From assembly GCA_012295275.1 (NCBI GenBank), contig CM022671.1, positions 13,330,001-13,394,000 of the forward strand: a stretch of DNA of 64,000 nt, given 5' to 3'. This document shows positions 1 through 12,102 of this stretch, piece by piece. Numbering within the stretch: the stretch's first letter is position 1; every line of letters starts with the position of its first letter. The notes under the pieces are model-generated. The model had not been told where the DNA came from and searched no databases. It saw nothing but the letters and a program-made list of their open reading frames with translations. A program made the position numbers and the translations under genes. This DNA is from Chrysomallon squamiferum (taxonomy: Eukaryota; Animalia; Mollusca).

Positions 1-1142
1 TACAACAACAGTGATCTTTGTTACAGCCAGTGTCATTAATTTACCAATAAATTTCAACAATGTGTCAGTTATCACTATTAAATATAGGCCAGTTTGTACA
101 CAGAAGTATATGTGTCATTGTGCATTGCTTTCCATTAGCATTTCATGAAGTTGTAAAATACATTCCATAATCTCATTATAGTTTATGATTTTTTTGCATT
201 GATTAACATGTTTTGTAACTGAAATAATTAGAGTAAATTGTTTTATTTATACTGATGACAGTTTGTGTATGAAAAAACAGATGGAAATATATTACCAGTA
301 GGCTATATCAAGATTTTACAAAATGGCAAAACACATTTTGAGTAAATGCTCTTTTTTTTGTGTGTGAAGAAATGGAGATTCTCTTGATATTGAGATTTCC
401 CCTGTAAATGATTCTTTGGGATTCTAAATCATATTTTTTTCTTGTGATTTCTGTAAAGGTATAAACTGCCATTTGTTCAACTGCCTTAAAGACATATGGA
501 AAATGTTGTTATCACTGCATCAATGAAAGCTCATTTATTAAACTGATAAATGCATGCACACTGCTATTTCTATCCCGTGGCAGTGGACCTAGATTTTAAA
601 AAAGTGAGACAGTAGCACTGAATGATGATAGAATACTGAATGTTAATGAATGGAATTGCAAATGATTCAAAACTTTTTGGAGGATGTGATGGATGACAGT
701 GAGGCAGATGAGAAGAAAGATGATTGATTATATGAATTGAGATGACGACAACCATTTCAATTTCAGGGAAAATTAATGGAAGTGAAAGCTGAAAACACCT
801 GCTAAAGCACTGGGGCAGGGTAGGCAGCAAAGCTTATAAAAATAAAATACTAAATAGAAATAGTTTTTTTTACAATTATTCAAAATTAAAGTTGTTTTTA
901 TTTGAAGAAAACAAATATACATTTACACACAAACACATACACAGTTTATTATTATGATTCAGTGGTAAAGCAGTGGTTCCTAGCTTAAGTACTTACATAA
1001 GTTCACATAAACCAAAGAATAACGAAGTGCAGATTCCTCTTCTTTTTTTTAACAATGGTACCAAATTATTAATTGATCTGTATTTTGTTTTTAATATAGA
1101 CATTGAGCTCTTATTAGTAAAATATCATGACAATGTTAATAC

Positions 1143-3900
1143 CTTTCAGCTGACCAAATTTAATCAAGATCTATAAGGTAAATGTCAAAAAATAAACTGA
1201 ATAATCTGAATCCCTATTTCTGTATTTTAAGGTTTTTATCCCCACCCAATTTGTTTGTTATGCCATAACACCTCTATGATATATCATAAGAGAGCAAAAA
1301 TGCTTTTCTTTAAAATGTTTGAATTTTTGGGGGGGAACAAGGGTCACATAAGGATCTGTTTTATTCCCATTAATTCATAGAATTTTTAAGGTTAGAACAG
1401 ATTTATTTCACATGAAGAACAAAGAAAATACCTCAGCTGGGAAGTAAAAAATTAAAAACAAGTATAACAATTATTTCTTAAATAATAAAGGTGAGAATAA
1501 TAGAAGCTGTAATTGACACTGAGGAAAAACCTTTATCACGAAAAGAAATTTCAAGAGGTCAAAGAAAAATAAAATTTGTAAATTCATGATGGTTATTAAG
1601 AATTGTTAGAGCAGAAAATAAACAACTGAACTTGCTAAAAGAATGTAACTTGTACAGTAACAGACAAATAATCATAACTATTTAAGAAGTTATTTGAAAA
1701 ATTATGTAGAGCAATTCTATTCTTACCTTAACTGGCATATCACAAATATGTTTATCAAACTCTTCTTCCCCACACTGAGATAATGCCCAAACAGACATCT
1801 GAAAAAATAAATGTATATATATAAAATAAAATAAAATAAAATAAAATATATTTTAAAAAGTACTTATTTAAAAAAAAACAGAAACAAATATAAATTGTTT
1901 TCCTTGATCATTATAAATACTGCTGTGTAACCTTAAAAAGTTACCTTGTAAACTCTTATCTCTTATCTTTTAATATAATTCACAGTGAATATTGTCTGAT
2001 ATACTAAAATTAATACACAAATGTATGAAAAAGACTGAATGAATAAACAACTAATAAGGTAAACTAATAAATACTGGTTTAACTACACATAAATCGCTTT
2101 TAATAATGACAAATATTAGGTGTCAAAGATATATTTCTTGAATAATGATCTGAAAGCCATTAACATTACCATAATTAGCAACAAGGAACTTTTTATATTC
2201 ACTTTCATACGTGAAAAATAAAATTGGGATGCAACTGTTACAGAGCCCACATCATCAAAGATCTTGAATGCTTTAATAAGGCTCAGTCTAGGTGAAAAAG
2301 GTGCTTTTATGGCTGTGTTTAAAAACTAAATTGACAGCAATCTAAAAATTAGTAATTCCATCTATCTACTAAAGAAATAAATACAAGTTAAGATACATTA
2401 ATTATTTAATTATGATACAAATGATAATAATATGCAATACAACAATTTATAAAATATATATTTAAACAAGTAAAAAAATATCTATAGGAATGGTTACTGA
2501 CACAGGTTAATTACATATTACAATTTAGCAAAATATGAACAGACAATGGCTTACCATACTCTTCCCTGCCTGACTATCATTTTTAGCTTTCTTTTTCGCT
2601 TCCTCTCTAATTACAAAATGCCAGCCCTTTTAAAGCGACTTCATGGAGTTAAAAAATTGTCCACAAAAATAAAACATGCAGATATGACAGAAAACTAACA
2701 AACAAAATAAATTGCTTAAATATGTATCCTCACTGGTTCCAGCTTAAGTATTTTTTAACTATTGCATATGTATTTGAAAATGATCCCCAAAATACTAGGT
2801 ACTATACACCATTCATGAATGGCTTAAGCAATTATAAGTGTACATGAATTATCGACCACAATAAATCATCATCATCATCATCCATATTAAAAATATTAAA
2901 ATACGAAGTGTGTGTCTAAATTATGTGCAATATTATATGAATGTAGTTACTGGCACCCATAATACTGTCACTTTTTTGTATGTTACAGATTTTTCTTCAG
3001 AAAGAAAGCCAAAAAAAAAAAAAAAAAACCCCAAACGTGTTTTATGAAAATTCTGATTTTGCCAGCTTGTATCTTTCACAAATTTATACTCAAAAGCATG
3101 AAAATGAACAGATTTTAATATATAGATACAATTTAAATTTTCCAGATTCATCCCAGCTGAGATCTGATTTGGTTTGCAGGTAATAGCTCTTAAGCAATAA
3201 ATTGCATAATTATAATTCATTTTGTTTAGAATGAAAAGACCTGTGTAAAGAGATGATGATACATGAATTCTTCAGAGAACAAACATGGTAGGGTAGCTTG
3301 ACTGCGGGTGTGGTCAAATGACTGAGCTCAGCACACCTGATACAGTTCACTTCATCAACTTATTCTGACAGAGTTTATATATATATATATATATATAAAA
3401 CTATGTATATTTCAGATTGCATTTCTCAAGGGAATTATCTTGAGCATTATAAAGTTTCTGCATGCAACCATTTGATATTTACATCTGACAACCTCCAGAG
3501 ATGCTAATGAAGTTTATCTATATTTAAAATTTCTGGAATAAAACCCTTGTCAGTCATTCTGTATACATTTCTTAATTGCTTCACATGATAATTTTTCTTT
3601 TTCCTGTTCTAGAAGTATTTTTAAATTTTCCAATGCAAAACACCTATAATTATATCTATACAAAATAAATATCAATAAATTTAGCTAAGGCAGAATTTTA
3701 ATTTTATGCAATGAACTTGATATCCTGAAAATTTAATTGAACTATCTAGCTTTTTAAGGGATAATGATAACTTAATGAACTTCATTCACAGTATTGTTTC
3801 AATAAAGCTTGGAAAAAAGTGCCAAAATGAAACACATTTTCAGATCATAAATTTGCCATTATTCCATTAATTTTCAAGTAAATATATTAATATTTTATAG

Positions 3901-3968
<68 letters not shown>

Positions 3969-4980
3969 TCTTCTTCTTTTGTGACACACATAATTATGTC
4001 AAGAGATCTTGTGGGTCAATAACAGTTACCATTTTTCCAATTTTTTGGTACAGAACCAGTTCATCATTAGTTTTACATTCCTATATGGAGTGGAAACCAA
4101 TTCTTTTACATACTAACAAATATACTGTATGCTTAGATAAAACTGAAACAAACACAGAATTAGGCTGTGTAAGGATTGAGACTGTTAAGGTTTTTTTCAT
4201 AGTAAAGGGAGGAATTCAGGACTAGTAATCCACTTCTTCCACCAGATCTGCTACTGATGATTATTATAAGCCCACAAATAATGAATCAAATTACTTTTTA
4301 ATGCTGATAATAACAATAAAAAGAATTAGAACAATTGTTTTCTTTCATCCATTTGTGCGTGTTTATATACATATAAATGATACATGGAACTTTAAAAAAA
4401 AAATTGTGACTATTTTACCATAAACTATACATTTTCCAAAATGAAGTGTGTATATTTTTGCATTGTTGACATTATTATTTGAGTGAATAAAATAAGAACA
4501 CTTAACTTTCTAATTAACACCCCGCTTATTATAATAATACCAAACATTAAGTAAGAAATAAATTTCAATTCAAAACTTACCAGAGCAGCATGCCTTAAGA
4601 AAAATGTTTTAACTTTTATCTGAATATAATCAATATTTACAGAAATACTGTTACAATCCTTATTTTGAAGAAACAAAACAGTAACACTTGTGACTGCAGT
4701 CAATAATTTCTGTAACTTGTAAGCAGGTAAATATGGCTTACCTCTATCAGTCGATGTCCGTCACAATTTCTGAAACAGGGGAGTAACACCTGGCTACTGT
4801 CAAATGGTAAATATAAAAACTATGACCATTCGTTAAATACAAAAAAAAATAAAAAAAATATTATTAAAGTACAAACGACGCACCGTTTCTAGATTCCTGT
4901 CAAAAATCAATGTGTAACAGAATTAAAACAACACTTAATTTCTTATCGACAAGTTCATTTCTGTTTCTCTCACGCCATAT
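1143..4980 (-). other. Candidate spliced transcript of unknown identity (5' exons; probably continues off the left edge)
   Basis: Series of short AG/GT-bounded minus-strand segments: donor after 4884 (GTGCGT), 4769-4742 (ttcag..GAG|gtaagc), 4593-4581 (|gtaagt), a segment ending ATG|gtaagc at 2555, ~1798-1727 (tttttcag|ATGTCTGTT..AAG|gtaaga, 72 nt) and ~1170-1143. The last three can join in one open frame (EEAKKKAKNDSQAGKSM-MSVWALSQCGEEEFDKHICDMPVK-ILIKFGQLK), but I do not recognise the peptide. Confidence 0.35.
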
Positions 4981-5650
4981 TTACATCGCCGAGCTAAAAA
5001 TAGAGCTGGATTCAACCAAAATGGCACTAGGGATGATGACTTAGCGAATTAGACTAGCCACATGTCAATTATAATATATATATAATTTCTTTATTTATTT
5101 ATTTATTGGTTTTGCTAACAAAAATACAATATGGGAAGAACTGTTTGATTAAACATACATATATACATATATGTGTTTAATCAAAGACTTCTCCCCATAC
5201 TGTATTTTCTTTAATTAAAATAAATAAGTGAATAAATAAATAATCACGTTTTTAATCTGGAAAAATATTATGTGGCAGCAAATTGACTCTTTGAAAAGAA
5301 GCAAAAACACTTTATCGCCGAGCGGAGCGGGGCAAACAAAATTGGAGTGGTCTGGGTGCCGCCAAAGTCCCCCAGAAGCTAGGACTTGAAAGTGGAAATC
5401 GTTTCAGTTAGAATAGAGATTTATATTTCTTAAACAAAATATTTGGATAAAAAAAAAAAAATCAATCAATAAAAAATATTTTAATATATATATATATATT
5501 AATAAAAAATCGTTAATTTCGGCATGAGGCATTGGTCTCATTTGCCTCAGTATAGTTATGGCAATTTATTATTTTGGGTGATATACTTATGTTACGTGGT
5601 TCCGAAACACCGATATAATCCAAACACATTTGCCAAAACTACCAAAGTTA

Positions 5651-5700
<50 letters not shown>

Positions 5701-7217
5701 ATTTAAAAAGTCAGTGATCACCGGATGAGGTCACACAAATAATCTGAAAAATCGAAATGATGACCTCGAGTGTTTATCATATAATTTTATTCATCCATGA
5801 TTAAATTACTTTATGCTTTTCATATATTGGTGTTTTACTATCATATTTGCAGAAAACATATTTTATTTATTATTTATTATAGTCATCTTAGAAAGATGCG
5901 AACACACTTTAGATCAAAATGCGAACAAAATCAAGATTCTTAAAAAACCCACCAAACAAACGAACAAAAAAAAAACACCTATATTTTTTAAATGCCATTT
6001 TTAGGCATAGAAACAAACTAAATATGTGAGTAAATTAAGATATTCACCCTATGGTATACCATTCATCAGTTTAAGAAGCACCGTTTAGAAGTGTGAAGTC
6101 CATTATGACAGGACACAATTAGTAAATAACGAAATGTGTCTAGTAAACCCTAGTTATTAGTTACATCTGGAAGAACTTCTCTGCAGTTTGTAAATCATCA
6201 CATAAAGTCATTTTTAAAGTAATTCAAAGCAGAAAAAAAAAACATGCCGAGTTCTGTTAAATGTTGCTAACAGTGTAGTCGGGCAAGTGAAACCACTGAA
6301 ACTGTTGATCAAGATAACTCGTGAGGTCATAGCTGCCACAACATCAGGCAGGCGAATCAATAGCAGATCATAAAAATGGAAAACTAGCTGTGACAACTGC
6401 CCTATTTGCCCTATTAATAAAACTTTTAAAAAGAGGTTGATGACAAACTGCAGATAATGGAATGATAATTATTTGAAGACAGTTCCGCTTAGACTTCAAA
6501 GACTTAAGAACCTCTGAAATACATATGTACGTTTTCGATCAAATAAAAAATATGTGGACGATAGATAACTAAATTTCCTGATGCTTGTACTGTTTATGAT
6601 GGTTTTTAAAAATAAACTAGTTTTGTAATAAATATTTTGTTTTGTTCGACACTGATGTTCGACATTGTAAAAAAAAACTGGTTTCGGTTCAGTATTGGTC
6701 AATAAAGTAATACATATAATACATTATTATACAGATGAAATAGTTAAAGTGGAAGGCAAAGTATAAGGGAATAGACCTTAGTCTCCACCTTGAGCACAAA
6801 TACTGTTGTGTCCCACATATAACAATGTTCCAAACACACTCCCTGATGTTATTTCACTAGACATGACGAAACACTTTCTTGGTTGTGTTACTAATTATAA
6901 TTATTTAAAAGAACGTAAGTAAGTCTACCTGTAATTACGAAGGCTAATTTTGATGAAGAAATGCATTTGATTCACAGAAACTGATATCAGTTTAATAAAT
7001 GAAATAAAAAAGAAAGAAGTATAAATGTTATAAACTAACTGCTTATTTTTTAATGTTTTATTTATACATATGATTTTATTATTTGAATTTGAACCGCGTT
7101 CCGCTTAGATAATATAGTTCGAAGTTTCGAGCATATCCGGTAATGCGATGCAATCTGGGATTGAGGTGAGAGGTTAGGAGTACCTTGAATTTTCTCACCA
7201 ACAGGTTTTATTGTTTT

Positions 7218-7243
7218 TACGTCACTTCCTGGCCGCCATTTTT
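7218..7243 (+). promoter_or_regulatory. ETS/CRE composite plus YY1 motif at the PPP4R2 5' end
   Basis: TACGTCACTTCC (reverse complement GGAAGTGACGTA) is followed by CCGCCATTTT, ending about 30 bp before the ATG at 7271, in a locally CpG-rich patch. Confidence 0.6.
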
Positions 7244-7270
7244 TGACATTCAATGGGTTTGATGAACACA

Positions 7271-10200
7271 ATGGATAATCAAGAAGAAATATTGGATGCA
7301 TTAAATGGTATTTAGTATTATTTGCGTTAATAATTGTTTGGTGATGTCATTTATAATTTTTATCTTGCACTAATAAAAACATTTTTTTTTTCAGATTTCG
7401 AGAAAAAACCGAATCAAGAAATTCCGCCTGTGCTAGAACAGTTTCTTCAGCGAATAGCTAAAACGGGCGAGACGCTGTGAGTGACATACATTGAAATTAT
7501 GTTATTATTACCACTAAACGTCACTTATGGTGATGTAATACCACTACACGAATAATATTATATACGATGTACTGTCTTATTACAAATTAAACATTATTTG
7601 TTTACTTTAAATATTTAGGATTTGGCGCTCTGCCAGTTTAATTAATTTCTTTAAATAAAAGACCTGTAATGATGTATCAGTAAGGCATTATCATTGTTGT
7701 ATTATATGATGTAGCTTAAATTAAAGTATCTGCATTGATGGAAAAATAAAAAATAAAAAGTAAATAAAAAAATTCATTACTTAAATAAAAAGACGTTGAT
7801 TCATCAGTTTATTTCTCTAACTGTAGTAACAAAAATATAACAACTATAATTATAAAATGAAAATTATCGGGAAAAGAAAAACCTACCGCAAATTAAGTAA
7901 ATTAGACTTGACTGTATTGTGGCATGAATTCACAGAAAATTTTTGGCAGTACTTTCATCTTGAGAATAGTAGTTGAATTAAGACTATTCTTAAAAGAAGA
8001 TCATTTAGCTAAAATCTGACCCAAAAATGTTTTGACACCAGAAAATTTAACAATTAATCACATTAACTTTTCTGAAAAGTATTGAGTTAAATTGCTTGTT
8101 TAATATTTATTGAAAGATTTTTAACTGGGGGGAGATAAAAATATTTAAAACATAACTATAGTGTAGTCTTAAAATTATTCAGACCAAATGGAACTATAAT
8201 TCTTGGTGCCACCATGAAGTGAATAATGAGAAATATGAGTCTATTCACAATTATATAATATAGCTTTTAATGTGAACAGTGTAATTACATTATATCGAGG
8301 GTTTAATAAATAAATTACATAAAACTATTCTGTGATCAGTTCAGTTGTGTTGTTAGAAATAAAATTACTACTAAATCCCATTTATAAGTTCTGTTTCATT
8401 TTATTAATATAATAGGTATATTTTGTTGTTTTTTTCATTAACATTAACACTATCTTTTAAAAATTCTAAACTGTTAATAAGATTCTTATTACATTTTCAG
8501 ATTTCCGTGGCCTAGGTTAAAACCTTTACTTGCATCTAAAATGGATGATGTTATGAAAAACTTTAATCAAGAGGTTCCTGGAGATCATTATCCAATGTGT
8601 CCCAATGTGGAGAATGTTCGTTATGATGATATGAGAAGCCGTATTTTGTCATCCTTAGATGCATTTCAGGGGTAACTTTCATATATTTAATGTTCCTTTC
8701 AAACAAATTTGAGAAAAGATCCTATAATTTAAAAATTATTATTTTTTTTACATCAGGTATTAACAAAAATATTATTAAGATATGAACATAAGATTTTGTT
8801 TGCAGTACAAACAGAAACAAACCTGCATGTTTCATGTTTGAAAATTTGTTTAAAACATGTTAAGTATTTACACTACTTTAGTCTCTAATCTGCCACATAA
8901 TTGATAATGAAGCAATACACATGTTAATTTTATGCTACAATTAGTGGCACACACAAACTCTGTGATTCAGATTCATTTCTTATTTTGTTTGTTTGGTGAT
9001 AAATGATAAGTGTGTGTTCTACTATAGCTTTTTTATTTTAATACACTGCAGTGCTCCATTTACCATCCAGAGGTTATGTGAGTTAATCACAAACCCAAAG
9101 AGGCATTATAATAGAAGTGATAAGTTTCTTCGTGGTCTGGAAAAGGTCTGTTTTTAATATTTTTATAAATTTTGTTATCTTATGTTACATTTTATTTATT
9201 TATTTTTTTTAATATTATTTTTGAAATTGTCACTGTAAATGGATCCAAGTTTCTATTGCTTTTTAAAATTGCTTTCATTTCAAATTTGATGGGATACCTT
9301 TAAAAAATGGAGAAATTCCATTTGAAAACATAAATACATTTTTTTCTTATCTGCATAAATAATATGTAATATAGCTATATTTGATTATTTTCAGAATGTT
9401 CTTGTTGTCAGCACTGTGGATCCATTTGGAAGGTAATTACAATGTTTAAAAATATTGTTACATTAAAATAGTTTTTGTATTTAACAAAAGTTAGAGTTAT
9501 TGTATTTGTTGTTTGTCTAGTTATATTTTTTCTTAAAAACTATTGCCAACTCAAAATGTTATTCAGTGCTCTTTGTTTTGGAGTTTTACTCAGCTGAGTA
9601 TTTTATTACTTAATGAGTAAATTAACATTCTTATTGATAAATACATAACATTGTTATTGATAAATACATTTTTTCTCTTCAGAAAAATAGTTTCAGAATC
9701 AAGAAGTCTTGTTAATGGATTAGATTCAAATGGCCAAGTTGAACTCCGTGATGATGTCTCGGGTTCAAATTATCCATCTCTTTGGGCTCCTAAAAATAAC
9801 GTTTGGCCTTTCCATCCAGAAAGTTTGCATACTAGCACCATAGTGACTCGAGCAGAAGCTACAACAGGCAAAGACACTAACAATCACCATCAAGAGTCCA
9901 TGGATTCCTGTGTTGAAAAAGACCATACCACTAATGATGTGTTGCAGAATTCAGAAGACATAACCAGCTCACCAGCTCTGCATCCTGTGCAAGAGGCTTT
10001 AGTTGAAACTTCTGTGGCTCAACACAGTTTGGATGTGATACCTGACTTGCTGGACAGCCATCCTATGAATGAGGTTACTTCAGAAGCTGAAGAAATCCAT
10101 TCAGTTTTAGTAGAAAATTGTGCTATTCCTGAGACCTTGTCAAATGTTTCGCAGAATAATAGTGTAGTAACAACTAATGTTGAAAAAGTTAACCTTCCTT

Positions 10201-12102
10201 CTGAAGTAGCACCTGAAAGAAGTTTGACCCCGACTTCTCAATCAGGATTAACTGCTAGCAATACTGTGTCCATAGTGACATCAGACTTGATGCAAGAGTC
10301 TGTACTTACTTCACAATCATTTGATAGAAGAACCTCTGAAATTATTTTAGATTCAGTTTCAGAAAGCAACACTAGTTCTGAACATGTAAATGTAGAGAGT
10401 GTGTATCAAGTGAATGAGGGCAATAAACAAGAATCGGACATTGATACTAGAAGTGATCAATGTGTTAGTAATTCTGATTCAGCATCTTTTCTTGACAGTT
10501 CTAGAGACACACAGACTAATGCTGCAATAAGTCCATCAGAACTTGGTATTTGTCAGCCAGTAGTGAATCCTCCTGTTATCCACCAGTCTAGCTTTACAGA
10601 CCAGTCAGTACTTGATCTACAGTCTGACATTACTTCAGACAAGACATCTAAAAAATTGGATAACACATGTGCTGGGAATGGTAATTAAAAGTGTAAAATT
10701 TCTGATAGTTTTAAAACATTTTATTTTGTTTTGTTGTTGTTTTGGATTATATTAACTCTGCAGTTCAGAGTTATTATTACATATTATTATTATTAAAACA
10801 GTTTAATCATTACTTTGATGAAATGATTATAGCTTTTTAGATTTCATCAGCATTGGTACCTTAATTGTGTAAAAACTGTTATTGTAATAATCATGTATTG
10901 GTCTGTTACATGTTTAAATTCTCTGATTTTATTAAGTAGACAGTTTACTGTAATGATAATAATTTAAAATTATTACTACTTTTTTCAGTTAATGGCTGCA
11001 GAGTAATTCCTTGATTAGTGCTATTTTCTGTACAGACTTTTAATAGTACAGTTGTAAAAAATTACGAAACTTAACATCTGGGCTGAAATTATCTCCTGCC
11101 TGGATAATTCTTTTTCCAACATCAGTTGCGAATACTATTTCATGCTCATTAGCATCAGACAGTAAGCTGGTAATTTTGTTTCAATTCATGTAATTGTAGC
11201 ATAACATTTAATCTACTTGGATTATTTTTTTGGTTATTAACTAAATGCTTTAGAGAATAAATTAATATAAATGTAGCAGATTACAGATTATTTTTTTGGT
11301 GGGGGGAGTGAAGCTCTAAAAGTATAAAAAAAAAATATATATATATATATTCTGAAATTATTTTCATTGGTTCATGAGGTTTTGATATGTATAGTGACAT
11401 CTCAAGATTAATTAAATTCACTAATCAAGGGATTACTGTATACAAATTGTTTAATTATTTTAATTAGACATTTATTATTGTTGTTATTAATGTAATTATG
11501 ATTCTATTGCAGCTGATAGAGGACCCTGTAATCTTCAAACCTACATCTGTCCTATGTCAAATACAAAGCCTGACAGTACATTGACATCAGACTTTTTCTC
11601 TACAGACAATGTGGACTTCAAAACAGAAGTAGACAGCCATGTATCTAAAGACACTACTGAGGAAATTGACAAAGGAGATAACTTTAAAAAAATTAAAACA
11701 ACATTTAAGACTGACTCCAGTTACTGTGGAAATGCACTCGCATCTGATGTGCTGCAGTCTGGAGACTGTGAAAGTATTATAGGATCAGGCAAGCCAGATT
11801 TGGTTAACAGTGGAGAAGCTGATAAATCTGACAATAGTTTTAATGACAAAGCTACTTCACCCTCGTGTTCTGATCACAACATGAGTTCAGAATGTAGCAG
11901 TACTGTTCACAAGGAGGAAGAAGGGTCACATTCAAAAGACCACTGCAGCAGTGAATTATTAACTCACAGTTTAAATCTTAACTCAAAACAGATGGCAGCT
12001 GAACCACTAACTCAGATTTGTTCTGTTGAAACCACAGTGAAAATTGAAATCTCCGGTTCAAATCTTGTCCAAGACAAGCAGGAATCAATGGATCAGGACT
12101 GA
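7271..12102 (+). CDS. PPP4R2: Serine/threonine-protein phosphatase 4 regulatory subunit 2 (~669 aa, 7 exons)
   Basis: Exons 7271-7307, 7395-7476, 8501-8671, 9052-9145, 9395-9432, 9683-10680 and 11513-12102, all GT-AG and phase-consistent (2010 nt). Translation includes [18 protein letters not shown] and [39 protein letters not shown] (PPP4R2 domain), then a long acidic/Ser-rich tail ending ESMDQD (vertebrate PPP4R2 ends EPMEQD). In-frame upstream ATGs at 7253 and 7262. Confidence 0.95.

Noticed and set aside
3250-3329. Possible C/D-box snoRNA (ATGATGA..CTGA) containing a 14-nt stretch antisense to 18S rRNA as I recall it
   Set aside because: The putative guide is not adjacent to a D or D' box, it lies opposite the candidate host transcript, and a 14-mer match is near chance for a 64-kb window. 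It would need snoscan or Infernal.
6179-6453. Inverted repeat TCTGCAGTTTGT / ACAAACTGCAGA
   Set aside because: Only ~12 bp with no TSD; insufficient to call a MITE.
9651-9682. TTG start of the 345-aa ORF
   Set aside because: It is intronic; the ORF is PPP4R2 exon 6, which begins at the acceptor before 9683.
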